Source: Octopus sinensis (lineage: Eukaryota). From it: a DNA stretch of 64,000 nucleotides. Under the pieces are notes generated by a model. That model searched no databases. It was given only the letters and a program-made list of their open reading frames with translations, and was not told where the DNA came from. The stretch covers positions 39,816,464 through 39,880,463 of the forward strand of contig NC_043011.1 of NCBI RefSeq assembly GCF_006345805.1. Reading direction: 5' to 3'. This document shows positions 51,171-64,000 of the stretch, in pieces. A program made the position numbers and the translations under genes. How positions within the stretch are numbered: the stretch's first letter is position 1; each line of letters begins with the position of its first letter.

Positions 51171-51925
51171 GATACGGTATATTTGGCAACTATTCCCACC
51201 AGGAAACTACAATGCATGATTCACTGCAGTGAAAAAGAAGCAGCGCTTCGAGTTATTGTTAGTCTAAATGCTCGCAAAGGCATCCAAGGATATTGTTAAA
51301 CTGACCGATCGATTGAATAGCGCCGAATAAGTAAATGTCTACATAAAGAGACGGGGAGAGAGAGGGGGGAGAGCCTTTACGTTGTCGCTCGACCTACTGA
51401 AAACAACAACTAAATCACTATCAAATCACCGTTTCAAACGGTTGTTTCTTCGTCGTTTGAGATTAAATTAGCTTTTCTTGGCATCTAGAGTTACCTCCCT
51501 TCAACTAGTCGTTAATCTTTTCTTTCTCTCTCTCTCTCTCGAGAAAATGAACAATTAGATCGGATACCAGGGGTGGGAGTGACCAGCAGTACCGATCGTC
51601 GTCGTCGTCGTCATAATTAACAATTCCTTTTTATAAAGCATCCACCTTATAAACGGCAGGACCGTTTGCCCGCCGGACAAAATGCTCAGCGGCATTTCGT
51701 TCGTCTTTACGGTCTGACCTCAAATTCCGCCGAGGTCAACGAAATAAGTAGTACCTTTCTCCTAGGAGATGTCAGGCCTTGTACCTATAGTAGAAAAGAT
51801 TATTAGTAATTCCTTTCAATATCTCATCCGTGATTCCTTCCCCCCGTCACCACCACAATACCGACTCGGTCACATCTGTTGCACAGCAACTATACAAAAT
51901 TGGCATGTTATGTATATATGTAGAT

Positions 51926-51956
<31 letters not shown>

Positions 51957-52726
51957 GTTGAGTTCGAAGTTAGTCCTGATCGGAAAGACCTATGATTAAA
52001 TGAATTCCAGCTATGACCATCCAATATTTTGGCTTCATCCCTCGCATGTGAGTGCGCGAGTGCATGTGTTTTATCAGCCAAGACTGGAAGAATTGTTAGA
52101 GCGTCAAGGAAACAAAATGCATTGTTGAATTTGATTCAGCTCCCTTACCTTCTGACTTCAAATTCCACCAGGGTCAACTTTATCTTTCATCCCTCCAAGG
52201 TCGATATCAAGACGACTGACCCTGTACCTAAATCAGGAATCACTTTTTTTTTTTTTTTGGTAGGGGAGGAAGCTTTCAGTGTATGAATGGAATTGTATAT
52301 AGGGGGTTGGTATCAAGAGATGGTGCTTCACTGCCCTTGAGGTGTTGTCAGTCTGTGAGCATTATGTTGTCAGCATAAGACTAGATTGGGGTTTTAATTC
52401 CAAGGGTGTATATTCCAGGTGTGCTAGGTATGAGCTGCACACCCATTGAAAATGGCAAATTCATTATAAATATTAACTCAATAGTTTAATCACAAATCAT
52501 CATCATTATCATTGTTTAGCGTCCGCTTTCCATGCTAGCATGGGTTGGACGGTTCAACTGGGGTCTGGGAAGCCAGAAGGCTGCACCAGGCCAGTCTGAT
52601 CTGTTTCTACGGCTGGATGCCCTTCCTAACGCCAACCACTTTGTGAGTGTAGTGGGTGCTTTTTACATGCCACCGGCACAGGTGCCAGACGAGTCTGGCA
52701 AACAGCCACGATTGGATGGTGCTTTA

Positions 52727-53421
52727 GATAAAGTAAAATAAAATAAAATAAATTGAAATAAATTGAGGCAAGTGTGAAGTTTAGTTCCGTCCCAGGTCAA
52801 CCTAGATCTAACACTCCTTTGATCAAAATTTCTTTTGATTCCTGAAGTAAAAGAAAAAATGAATTTTTCATCACCCCAACCAAATTTCTTTTCCTGATGG
52901 AAAATTTTTGTTATACCCCTGCTTGAAATTTGGTGGCACTGGCTGTGGCAGCATACCCAATACAACAACCACAATACACCACTGTTTAATTCCCTCTCAA
53001 ATCTGTTTCTTAAAAAAAAAAAGGTAAAAGCTGCCTCAATACTAAGATCTTTAACCTAGAGAAAACACGTTAAATAAGTAACATCATCTCACATCTATAA
53101 ATAAAAAAAAAAGCTCACAGAATAAATAAATAAATAAATAAATAAATAAACTGCTACTCTTTTGGTTTATGATAGATTAAAGTGGGAAATTATCCTAAGC
53201 AACTGGCAATAAATCATCAAAAAAATATCACAAACAGGAAAAGAAATTTGGTTGGGGTGATGAAAAATTCATTTTTTCTTTTACATCAGAATCGTTATAT
53301 CTGTTGTTGAAAACAAGAATCAAAAGAAATTTTGATCAAAGGAGTGTTAGATCTAGTTTGACCTGGGACGGAACTAAACTTCACACTTACCTCAATTAAT
53401 TTCAATTTATTTTACTTTATC
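52727..53421. mobile_element. Foldback/MITE element with inverted repeats of about 170-190 bp, flanked by TA
   Basis: TA-GATAAAGTAAAA...CTTTATC-TA. The arm 52727-52900 is the reverse complement of 53232-53421 apart from one indel of about 25-30 bp. It truncates the RTE-tailed repeat at 52500-52724. Confidence 0.8.
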
Positions 53422-54988
53422 TATCTATCTATCTATGTATATGTCTGTCTATTTTTTATAAACAATGTTTTTAAATTTATTAAAACCATTCTTCAAGATT
53501 TTAACAAAAGGTGTAAGATTATTTTATATATCAACTCTGTCTTCATTATTGTAATTCAAAATATGAAGTCTAGTTGTTTAGGCCTCGGTGGCAAATTCAT
53601 CAAATGTGCAAGAAAAAAAAAATAACAGCCAAGAAATAAATGAACAAGACAACTGGCTTATATTAGTCCATTGAAATTAACTCTGTTATTACCCTCCATT
53701 TATCTAGGTCTATGTCCTAAACACAGATCTTACCTTTCTACACATGTTTTGCTCAGGCCTTTCCTCTGACTGAAACCATTAACCTTTTTAATATTGAGGA
53801 AAGGATAAGTGTTGGTGGATTAGTGAGAAAAGGAGGGTCAGAGTGATAATGGTGATGAAGGGAGCTGAGTAGAGGGGGGATCTTCAGATATTTCCCATAT
53901 TAGAGTAAAGAGCCCCTTCTATCATGAACAACTATGGGATTGCACCTATAAATTTTCCCTCCAAGACACAAGTCCGGGCAAGGTGGTTTATGTAAGACCA
54001 GCAGTCACTCTTGCATACCAGCCTTCCCTCTCCATGCCACCAATGTTATTCAAGAGAAAGGCAAAGATCAATAGAGCTTGGCATCAGTGACATCGCAGCT
54101 CAATTCTACAGCTGAGTGACCTGGAGCAATGTGAAGTAAAGTGTCTTGCTCAAGAACACAACACACAGCTTGGTCTGGGAATCGAACTCACTGTCTCATG
54201 ATTATGAGCCTGATGTTCTAACCACTGAGCCATGTGCCTGCACTATCCCCCTTTATATGGGCCTTTTAACTGTTATCTTTTACTTTTTTCAGTCATCAGA
54301 CTGTGGCCATGCTGGAGTACTGCCTCGAAGAATTTTAATCAAATGAATTAATCCCACTACTTTTGTTTTTAAAAACTTGGTACTTATTCTATTGGTCAAT
54401 TTTGCTGAATCACTAAGTTATGGGGATGTAAACACACCGACACCAGTTGTCAAGCGATGATGGAGGACAAACACAAAAACACACATAACTGGCACTCCAT
54501 CAGTTCCAACAACAAGGGTTTCAATTGATCAGATCAACAGAACAGCCTGCTCATGAAATTAACACACAAATGGCTGAGCACTCCACAGACATTATTTATC
54601 CTTAATGTAGTTCTCATGGAGATTCAGCATGAAAAAGAATGTGACAAAACCAGCCTTTTGAATTACAAACACAACCCATTTTTGCCAGGTGAGTGGACTG
54701 GAGCAATGTGAAATTTAGTGTCTCGCTCAAGGACACGTGTCACCAGGAATTGAACACATGAGCAAGTTACCCTAAACACTAAGCCACATGCCTTCACTAT
54801 ATGTGTGTGTGTGTAAAGGTGCATGGTTCAGTGGTTAGAGCATCGAGCTTACGATCGTGAGGTTGTGAGTTCAATTCCCAGACCAGGCTTTCCACCCCGA
54901 CTTGTACCTCGAAAGGGAACCTCTTAGGTGTACACATGGTCTTTTGTGACTGACCAAGTCGAGAGAACAATATACATGTGTGTATGTA

Positions 54989-55063
<75 letters not shown>

Positions 55064-57599
55064 CAGGCTTCTTTCAGTTTCTGTCCACCAAATCCACTCA
55101 AAGCTTTGGTCGGCACAGGGTTATAGCAGAGGACACTTGTTCAAGGTGTCATGCAGAGGGACTGAACTTGGAACTATGTGGTTGAGAAGCCACACCTACA
55201 CCTAACAGGTGACTATTTTTCTTTTATCCTTATTACCTGCAGAGTATAGAGGAAGGAGCATTGCCCATGACCCTCGCAGTTTCTCTGAAATTGGTTGGAT
55301 TGATGTTGTTATTGTGGCTTACGTTGTTGCAGATCAACACCCGCAGGAAAGGCATGAGTAGGGAGGAGGTTCTAGCAGGATCCAATATTCTGTGGACTGA
55401 CAATTAGGTAGAGTGGAATTGGTACAAGGAAATTGTACTATCATAGGCGCAGGAGTGGCTGTGTGGTAAGTAGCTTGGGCAAATGTCTTCTACTATAGCC
55501 TCGAGCCGACCAAAGCCTTGTGAGTTGATTTGGTAGACGGAAACTGAAAGAAGCCTGTCGTATATATGTATATATATATGTGTGTGTGCGTGTATGTTTG
55601 TGTGTCTGTGTTTGTCCCCCTAGCATTGCTTGACAACCGATGCTGGTGTGTTTATGTCCCTGTCACTTAGCGGTTCGGCAAAAGAGACCGATAGAATAAG
55701 TACTGGGCTTACAAAGAATAAGTCCCGGGGTCGATACATCAGGAGCACAGAGGGGCAGAGAGGTGAGTGGTAGAGAAGTAGGTCGGAGGTGCTTGTGTGG
55801 TGAAGATATGAAACCAGCCAACAGATGGCAGATGATGGTTCTCTGTCAGTTTTGAGTTTTCAATCATTTAATCAATTAAATTATCAGCTTCTCCAAGGTG
55901 AGTTGGAGGACCACGTCTTGTTCATGTGTTACACTGTTCTTTACTCAAGAACAGGGGGTCAGCAAAGCAGTTGTGGCTATCCAAAGGGTTGCTAAACATT
56001 AAATATGAATGAATTTTTTTCATTTTTCTTTCTCAATTTCATTAAGTATTTCATTCTTTCATTCTTTTCAGTAATTTGACTGTGGCCATGCTGGAGCACT
56101 GTCTTAAAGGGTTTTAGTCAAAGAAATCGACCCCAGAACTCATTCTTTGTAAGCCTAGTACTTATTTCATCAGTCTCTTTTGCTAAACTGCTAACTTAAG
56201 GTGACATAGACATGCCATCATCGGTTGTCAAACAATGGCAGGGGGATAGACACAGATACACACACACATAAATACATACATATATACGATAGGCTTCTTT
56301 CAGTTTCCATCGACCAAATCCACTCACAAGGCTTTGATCAGCCCAAAGCTATAGAAGAAGACACTTGCTCAAAGTGCTATGCAGTGGGACTGAACTCGGA
56401 ACCATGTGGTTGGGAAGCAAGTGTCTTACCACACAGCCATGCCTGCACTTTCATTAAATTTATTTAAATATTCCATAAGCACGAGTAATCTTAGTATAAT
56501 TCTCAGGTAGAATCAACATGATGCCCTGTGTGACCAGGTTGTACTTTTGATTTATATGTACAATCCATCCGACGTGCTTCTGCATAGTTTCCGTCTACTT
56601 AATATTGCTCACAAGTTTGGGGTCAACTTGAGGCTATAGGGACTGACTTATGCCCAACATACCATGCAATGGGATCAAACCCAAGACCTTGAGTTTTAAA
56701 ACAAACAACCTAACATTTCAGCCATACTGAACCTAGTATTATTCGCCCACCCCCACCGTTTTCTCACTCACGTCTACACCTATTGCTAGTATACATAGAC
56801 AAAAGACACACACATGTTTACACAAACGCACAGATAGACAGACAGACACATACAAACACGTGTGTATGTGTACATGTGCATGTTTTTTTTTTGCGGATTT
56901 CATTTGAAAGATATGTCGCTTGGGATATTTGTTCTGCACCTGGTTACAGATACTCCCAACCTCAGAAGTGCCGTGAAGCAGTGATTGGTTGGTTCATTGG
57001 ACATCAGTCACCCAATCACACTCGCTACTGTTTGCACAAATTACGCCATAAAATAAAATAAAATATAAATAAGACAAAAACATGAAATGTCTACAAGACC
57101 GAAATGAATGGAAAACACAAGAATTCTTCTTTTAATTGTCTCAGCTGCTGCTAAATGACATGTAATTCCATCAATCAAGAATCTGGTGATTGCAAAGACG
57201 GCAGCAGTGCTATCTGTCTCATTAAGCCAAGTTGTTTAACGATTCGGCAATTAATTACACTACTCTTACTTTACAGAAACTTAATACTGGATAATAAAAG
57301 ATTACAAGTAATTTATCTTCAATTGTATTTTTGTCCTTTTTTTTTTTTTTGTTTCAATGTCTTGAGAACTAATTTAATCTGAGTTAATTGTTTTTGCGAG
57401 TAGATAAACAATACTGTTATTTATTGTTTAGTTCCAGGTCAGTGCTGAACAGGCACATCTAAGATCAAAGGCAATCTCACCATGACCATCCCATCTTTTC
57501 AACCATTATTTCTCTCAAAGCTACATAATTCAATGCACCTTTCGTTTTCTTTTGAATCATAATTGAAAAAAATAAATAAATAAATGGTCAAAACGTGGG

Positions 57600-58700
57600 A
57601 TCGGGAAACTGTGCTGGCCAAATGGAAAATGTTTTCCCTCAGCCATCTGGACTACTGCTCTTATCTATGGTCATCTCACACAGAGTCAAATTAATATTGG
57701 AACTCAACACAATTCAAGAATGCTTCAAACAAACAGTAGAATTACTGGAAGGGGCTGAAAGAATTACAAGTGTACCCTCTGGAGCGAAGACAGAAAAGAT
57801 ATCCAGTGGTATACAGGGTGCAGCATATATTATTCATTCTATCATAAAATGAAAAGTTTTAGGTTTGGTAAATTAAAATTTACATGTTGATTGTTATATT
57901 TATTGACAATATTTTACATATATTTACAATTCAAAATGGCCATCCTTTGCCATAACCTTTAATCTTTTCTCAACCGTTTTATTACCACTCAAGGAGCGGT
58001 TGGTGTTAGGAAGGGCATCCAGCTGTAGAAACATTGCCAGATCAGATTGGAGCCTGGTGCAGCCGCTGGCTCTCCAGACCTCAGTCAAACCATCCAGCCC
58101 ATGCCAGTATGGAAAATGGATGTTAAACGATGATGATGAATTAATTCTTTAAACAAATGCTACAATTTGTTCATGTTTTGTTTTAGCCATTATACTTAAT
58201 TAAGAATAAACAAATAAAACAAAAGGATGTTAGGAAACATTATACAACACTTGCAACTACTTCTGCAAACGAAAATGTTTCACTTTGTTTAAAAATGGTA
58301 AATGTATACATCAGTCCCAGTACATATGGAGAATCCTGGTGGAGCTAGCACCAAACATTGGCATCAAGAGCCAATCCGCAAACAGAATGTCAATGCACTG
58401 GGTCAATGGTCCCAACCATGCCAACTAGAGTAAAGACCAGATATTCTAATAGCATGAGCTTCAAGGGCCCACAGCTGCTAAATGTGTTGCCAAAAGATTT
58501 GAGGGATCTACATGGATTGGGGGTAGATGATTTTAAAAAACACATTGACCATCAGCTATCCAAGTGCCAGATGAGCCTACACTACAAGAAACTCAAATGT
58601 GAGCAGCAAATGTCAACTTCCTTCATTCATCAACAGCCAACCACATTAGAATAACCATTGGAATGGTGATGATAATGGTGGTGTTCCAGCATAGTCACAG
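57600..58700 (+). mobile_element. CR1/L2-type LINE ORF2 3' fragment, interrupted at 57814-58320
   Basis: LSHLDYCSYLWSSH...NYWKGLKELQVYPLERRQKRYPVV|YIWRILVELAPNIG...NSMSFKGPQLLNVLPKDLRDL...DDFKKHID, the typical YCSxxWSP / LYSLERRR / GPxLFNxLP motifs. Confidence 0.8.
57814..58320 (-). mobile_element. Tc1/mariner-derived insertion (TA duplication) containing an RTE-tailed repeat fragment
   Basis: TA at 57812-57813 and 58321-58322; left end CAGGGTG. Minus strand near 57920-57960 reads AK-DGHFEL*, like a transposase C-terminus. Removing the insert restores GTA TAC ATA TGG (VYIW). Confidence 0.65.
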
Positions 58701-60004
58701 CCTTTGGTTGGAGCACATAAAAGAAAAGTTGAGCATGATTTGAGAAACTTGACTGCTATTTCTAGTAAGTTAAGAAACCACATACAGGCTACCCTCATTG
58801 ACTTATAGATAAATAATATCAAATATCTAGGTGATGGCAGTGTTGTTGAACTTTGCTTTTTGCAATAGTATTAAAGATATACAATATACACAAGCTTGTC
58901 TTTACTCTTTATCAAAAGCCTCGTGTTCCGTTGAACAGGCATCATTATCTTATCCCAAAGGTCCAGAGAATAATTATCTCCATTTAAAGTGAAAATAAAT
59001 AAATGAATAAAATAAAGAAAGGAAAACAGACACAAAGCTTCCAGATATAGGCAGTTGTTTGTTTTATAGCATTTTCGCTTTAATGTTGGACTTTAAAATG
59101 TAGGCGTGTCTGTAGTCACTGAAATGAGAAACCTCCAGGGTTTCTCTACAAAGACATGCTTGATCTGTCAATTTGTAATTCAAATATTCTCAATATTTCA
59201 AATATTTCTAATTTAAAACGTGATCAAAATTCATTGCTCCTCTAATCATCGTCACCAACATCATCATCATCAATATCATCATTATTATGGTTTTAAATAT
59301 TCTTTCCAAGCTGGCATGGGTTGAACGAGTTGTTACGGTCTGATCAAGTTCTTATTCAGAGTTACTGTCGTACTAAGTGAGTTGGAGGATCACATTTCTT
59401 TCATCACTTGAATACTTTTTACTTAAGAACAGGCACCAGCAAAGTGGTAAATATTGAGCTCTGAGATTCTATATGGTTATCCAAGCAGTTAATGAGCATT
59501 AAATATTCCAACTCTAGCAATATGAATGAAATTTTATTCTTCTTTATCAATTTTGTTTAGCATTTTCATTAAATTTCTATAAATATTCCTTATTAAAAAC
59601 TGATAATGACACAAAAGAATGAAGGCATTATTTTTCTTTTTTTGTGTGTGTAATCAAGAAATTTTTCTAAATTATGCTTTTTAATTTTATTTAGAAATTT
59701 ATGGGGTTTGATAACTTATCGCTGATTCTGTGAAAGGGATTGATGATATATAAGTTGGTTGCCAACGCTGCTCCAAAACAAAACTTCACTGCAACAAGAA
59801 AAGTGTCTTTACTGAAGACAGACATCACTGTCCCCTGACAATACTTGATTGTTGTAAAGCGGTCTTTTGCTACTTGTATCTGTCTTTTGACGACGGTTGT
59901 CACTGACAGATATTGTTATATTCCGAAGTCATCAATAGGATGGTTCTATCTGACACTGTACAACCCCCCAGTTGTACAGTGTTATTATCCTGAAAAGGTT
60001 GGAT

Positions 60005-60165
60005 TGTTATAAAGTCCACTCACTATCACAGTATAATTACTATATCACCACAGACACGACTATCAACACAGTCTACGCCTACTCTTGACTGGCTACTGGT
60101 CTATTTATAATGGCTGGCTACTACCACTTTTTACCGGGAGGAGTGTACAGTTTCACTCCACAACA
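60005..60165 (-). mobile_element. Short LTR-like sequence (possible solo LTR)
   Basis: Minus strand TGTTGTGGAGTGAAACTGTACACTCC...TATAAATA...TATAACA; flanks TGGAT/TTGAT (4 of 5 match); related to 16804-17130. Confidence 0.4.
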
Positions 60166-62855
60166 TTGATAAAATAAGAACCAAATAATAACATGAGGTG
60201 GTGGGGATGGAGAAGAGACATAGGTAGTGAACAGAGATAACAGATTTTACAGAACTTATGAGAATCACCAGAGGAAGCTCACTGCCTATGTTTTGTTTTT
60301 TTTTACTTCATCACTACTTAACATCTGTTTTCCATGCTGGCATGGATGAGGCAGTTCAGCAGGAGCTGGCAAGTCAGAACGTCTTTGGCATGGTTTCTGC
60401 AGACTAGATGCCCTTCCTGATATCAACCAAGTCTAACATAATTTGTACCTTTCTCCTCATCCTCTGGCTAGTTTACAGACAGAAAATAAAATGGATTAAG
60501 AATCTTTAAAAGAAGAACAAAGCAAAGACAAGGGTTTACTGAAGAGGGGAAGTCAGAAAATGTAGATTATAAAAGCAACAGCGAGAGAAATCAATAATGG
60601 GTTTGCCACCCCCAGACCCCAACAAAAACACATACTGCCCACAACAGACCCAAAGATGCCACTCCTTTAAAAGTGCCCCCCAACACACACCAGCTCCACT
60701 AGTAAGTCATGGCTGAAATGACTTTGATCATGTGTCTGCTTCATCGGAGTTGACCTGGGGCTAAATGATTATGACAATAAATGGATCCAGCTGGTGAGAG
60801 ACAAGATTGCTTTTTTTATGAACATAATAACTACAAAATAATGAAATCTCACAAATATGTGTAAATGATTTCATATAATTCGTTAATATTGTTGTTAATT
60901 GGCTTAATTGGGTTAAATCATCATTTGACTATAATCCATAATAAAACTAATGAATGCAAATAACAAACTGAGATTTTGAAAGCCCCCCCCCAACCCCATA
61001 CACACACCACTTCTTCTCCAACCTATAGCTTGTTCACTTTATACCTAAATGTGACTCTGATGACAGCTCGTTAGAAACATGAGATGAAATAAATGCAAGC
61101 GATCACATGACAATTGTATCAATGAATACCAGTGTCACTATTTGCGATGATCCCTCACTATCTATAACTAGTTGATAGTTCAATAACTGTATCCCGAAGG
61201 CTTGGGGCTAAGGGTTTTCAACAGGTGGATCATAACCCACAAATGGACCACTGAGGTGTTTGCTTGTGGCCCTCAGACCTTCTCTACAGATGTTTCGAAT
61301 TTAATGTATTTGTGGGTCACTGAGCAGTCACTGGCCTTTAAATAGTCTTTGGTGTAGTGATTAGCAACTGGCATTTCAATCAAAAGAGCATGAGTTCAAT
61401 CAGCAGTGTGGAAAACAAGTTGTGTCCTTGGGCAAGTCATTTTCCTTTACCTTGTTCCAAACCATTGTTCAATCAACAAAACTAGGTATTAAGACTGGAT
61501 AGAGTAACCTGTTAGTGTCAAGTTGAGGCTGAAGTGTTAACAAGTCAGCATTATGACTTTTAACCCATCAGGCATGAAAAGGGATACATTTAGGGCTGCT
61601 ATATCTAATCTTTACATTTACTGCTATATCTAATCTTTACATTTACTTTTTTGATAACAGAGCTTGATGTAGTTCTCTGGCTAGCCAGCATCTGTCAAAC
61701 AATCCATCTGATGCTGGCATGGAAGACAGATGTTAAAGGATGATGATAGTCTCTGTGTGTGTGTGTGTGTGTGTTGTGTGTGTGTGTGTGTGCGTGTGCG
61801 TGCGTGCATGCGTGCATGCGCGTGCAAAACACGAAAATGACTTCAAAATATATTTTCCCTATAATTTGTATATTTATCACTAATTCTGGCAGAATCTCTA
61901 GCAAAACCTTCTAGTGGTTTTAGGCTAAATTCCAAGCAACTTTATGCTGAAGCCCGAACAACTTCACGCAGAACCCCTGACAGCCTTATGCAGAACCCAG
62001 AGTAATGGTAAAGGAACTCTGGTTGAGAAACACTGTTTCACAGCTTTACTAATAGGGAAGAAGATCTCAGATACTGAAACAACAGATACAGTGTTTGAAG
62101 TGGAGACCAAATGGTCATGGCTGGAACGTCTGTGATCAATAGGTCTGCTTTGCCTGGGACCAAAAAGCATAACAACAACGTCACGGTGCACATTAAAATG
62201 CAAAGCAACACCATTCATCTCATCTTAACAAAAACACACACTCAGTGACATGACACACTAAACCCTGCTGCACGACAGATGTTTCTTTTTTGTCTCTTTA
62301 CCGCTTTGAATAAGAAAGCTGTACATACCACAGCCCAAGGTCACCTACTTCTTTCTCCTCCTACAACTACTGCTAGTACTGCTTTCATTATCCCTACTGC
62401 ATCTCGTCTGCCTAACCCAGAAATGCTGCTCCTGTCTAAGGGGACCCCTTTCTCTGAGCAGATCATTCCTACCCCCATCTCCCAACTAGAATCAACCAAC
62501 AGCAATTCATGACAAACAGGGCCTGTAAAGATCACAAGCACATGCTAAAACCACGTTTCTAATTCATTAATGGAAATAATATTCCTAAAAGCCTTACGAG
62601 CAATGTTACTATTCAGCTTCATCTCATTACTGCAAGGGTTTTCTATTTATTTTGTTTTTGTCTTCTTTTTTTTTTTGGACATATATGATTTAATGATGCA
62701 CTAATTACAGTTGTTAATTTGTCACTCATGTATCTTTCTTCAATGTTGAAGTTGTTGACAGGTCATTTCTATGATAGCTTTTTAACTGTTTTGAGGTTAG
62801 AAAACTTGTCAGTTTCTTTTATGATCATGTGCTTATGAGGTATTTATACAAACAT

Positions 62856-62896
<41 letters not shown>

Positions 62897-63044
62897 CATA
62901 CATACATAAATATATGTATATATATTTACGTATATATGTACGAAAGCGCTACTATAATGAAGAAATAAAAGGATTTTTTCCCAATGTTCTAACTTTTTTC
63001 TCTCAATATTCAATTCTGTACATCACACCTAACACTCTATACAC

Positions 63045-63072
63045 GTGTGTATGTGTGTGTATGTATATATAT

Positions 63073-63103
<31 letters not shown>

Positions 63104-63830
63104 GTACATGTATACATATATATACATGTATACATACAAATATATATACATGTATACATATATATACATGTATACATACATATATATATATACATGTATA
63201 CATATATATATATACACATGTATACATATATATATATACATGTATACATACATATATATATATACATGTATACATACATATATATATATACATGTATACA
63301 TACATATATATATATATATACATGTATACATACATATATACATGTATACATACATATATATACATGTATACATACATATATATACATGTATACATACATA
63401 TATATATACATGTATACATACATATATATACATGTATACATACATATATATACATGTATACATACATATATATACATGTATACATACATACATATATATA
63501 TACATGTATACATACATATATATATATACATGTATACATACATACATATATATACATGTATACATACATACATATATATACATGTATACATACATACATA
63601 TATATACATGTATACATACATACATATATATACATGTATACATACATACATATATATACATGTATACATACATACATATATATACATGTATACATACATA
63701 TATATACATGCATACATATGTATACATGCATACATATGTATACATGCATGCATATATATATATATACACACACACACACATATGCATACATACATGTGTA
63801 TATATCTATATGTGTGTGTATGTACACACA
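63045..63830. repeat. Long compound (TA)/(TACA)/(CATG) microsatellite
   Basis: Direct reading; source of the long Y/I/M/C/H ORFs in the track. Confidence 0.95.
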
Positions 63831-64000
63831 CACACAGCACACACATTTTGTGGTTGAATAACCTTCTCAGTAGGCCTATCATAAATATGAACAGACCATC
63901 TAGGACCCTTTAATTAAAATCAGAACATTAAGAGTACAAAAATAACAATAAAACCTCAGTTAACATTAAAACTCCTTATATCTCGGATATTACCTAACTG

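Noticed and set aside
55240-55410. Possible plus-strand exon with a hydrophobic stretch
   Set aside because: Both open frames end in stops before a donor and there is no family similarity; more likely an old repeat fragment.

Overview
AT-rich, microsatellite- and transposon-dense animal genomic DNA. The SINE and MITE families look like those of Octopus (inference from repeat content, not a database match). Only one host gene is supported: two minus-strand exons (13697-13886 and 9937-10157) that splice in phase and encode the N-terminus of an organellar Na+/H+ exchanger of the SLC9A6/7/9 type. I could not find its later exons, which probably lie left of base 1. The rest is intronic or intergenic. 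It contains several tRNA-derived SINE families, RTE-tailed non-autonomous repeats, decayed R4/Dong (RLE) LINEs, RTE and CR1/L2-type fragments, a DD37D Tc1/mariner relic, piggyBac and hAT MITEs, Helitron-like elements, LTR-like pieces and Penelope-type minimal hammerhead ribozyme motifs. The most unusual stretch is 49.5-50.7 kb, which is CpG-retaining. It carries a near-perfect 53-bp tandem array with hammerhead-like topology, a symmetric CCAAT-E2F-E2F-CCAAT promoter-like cassette and a pre-miRNA-sized hairpin. A 1.05-kb chimeric insertion copied from two distant local templates sits in the exchanger intron. I found no convincing new multi-gene system. All calls were made by eye without searches.
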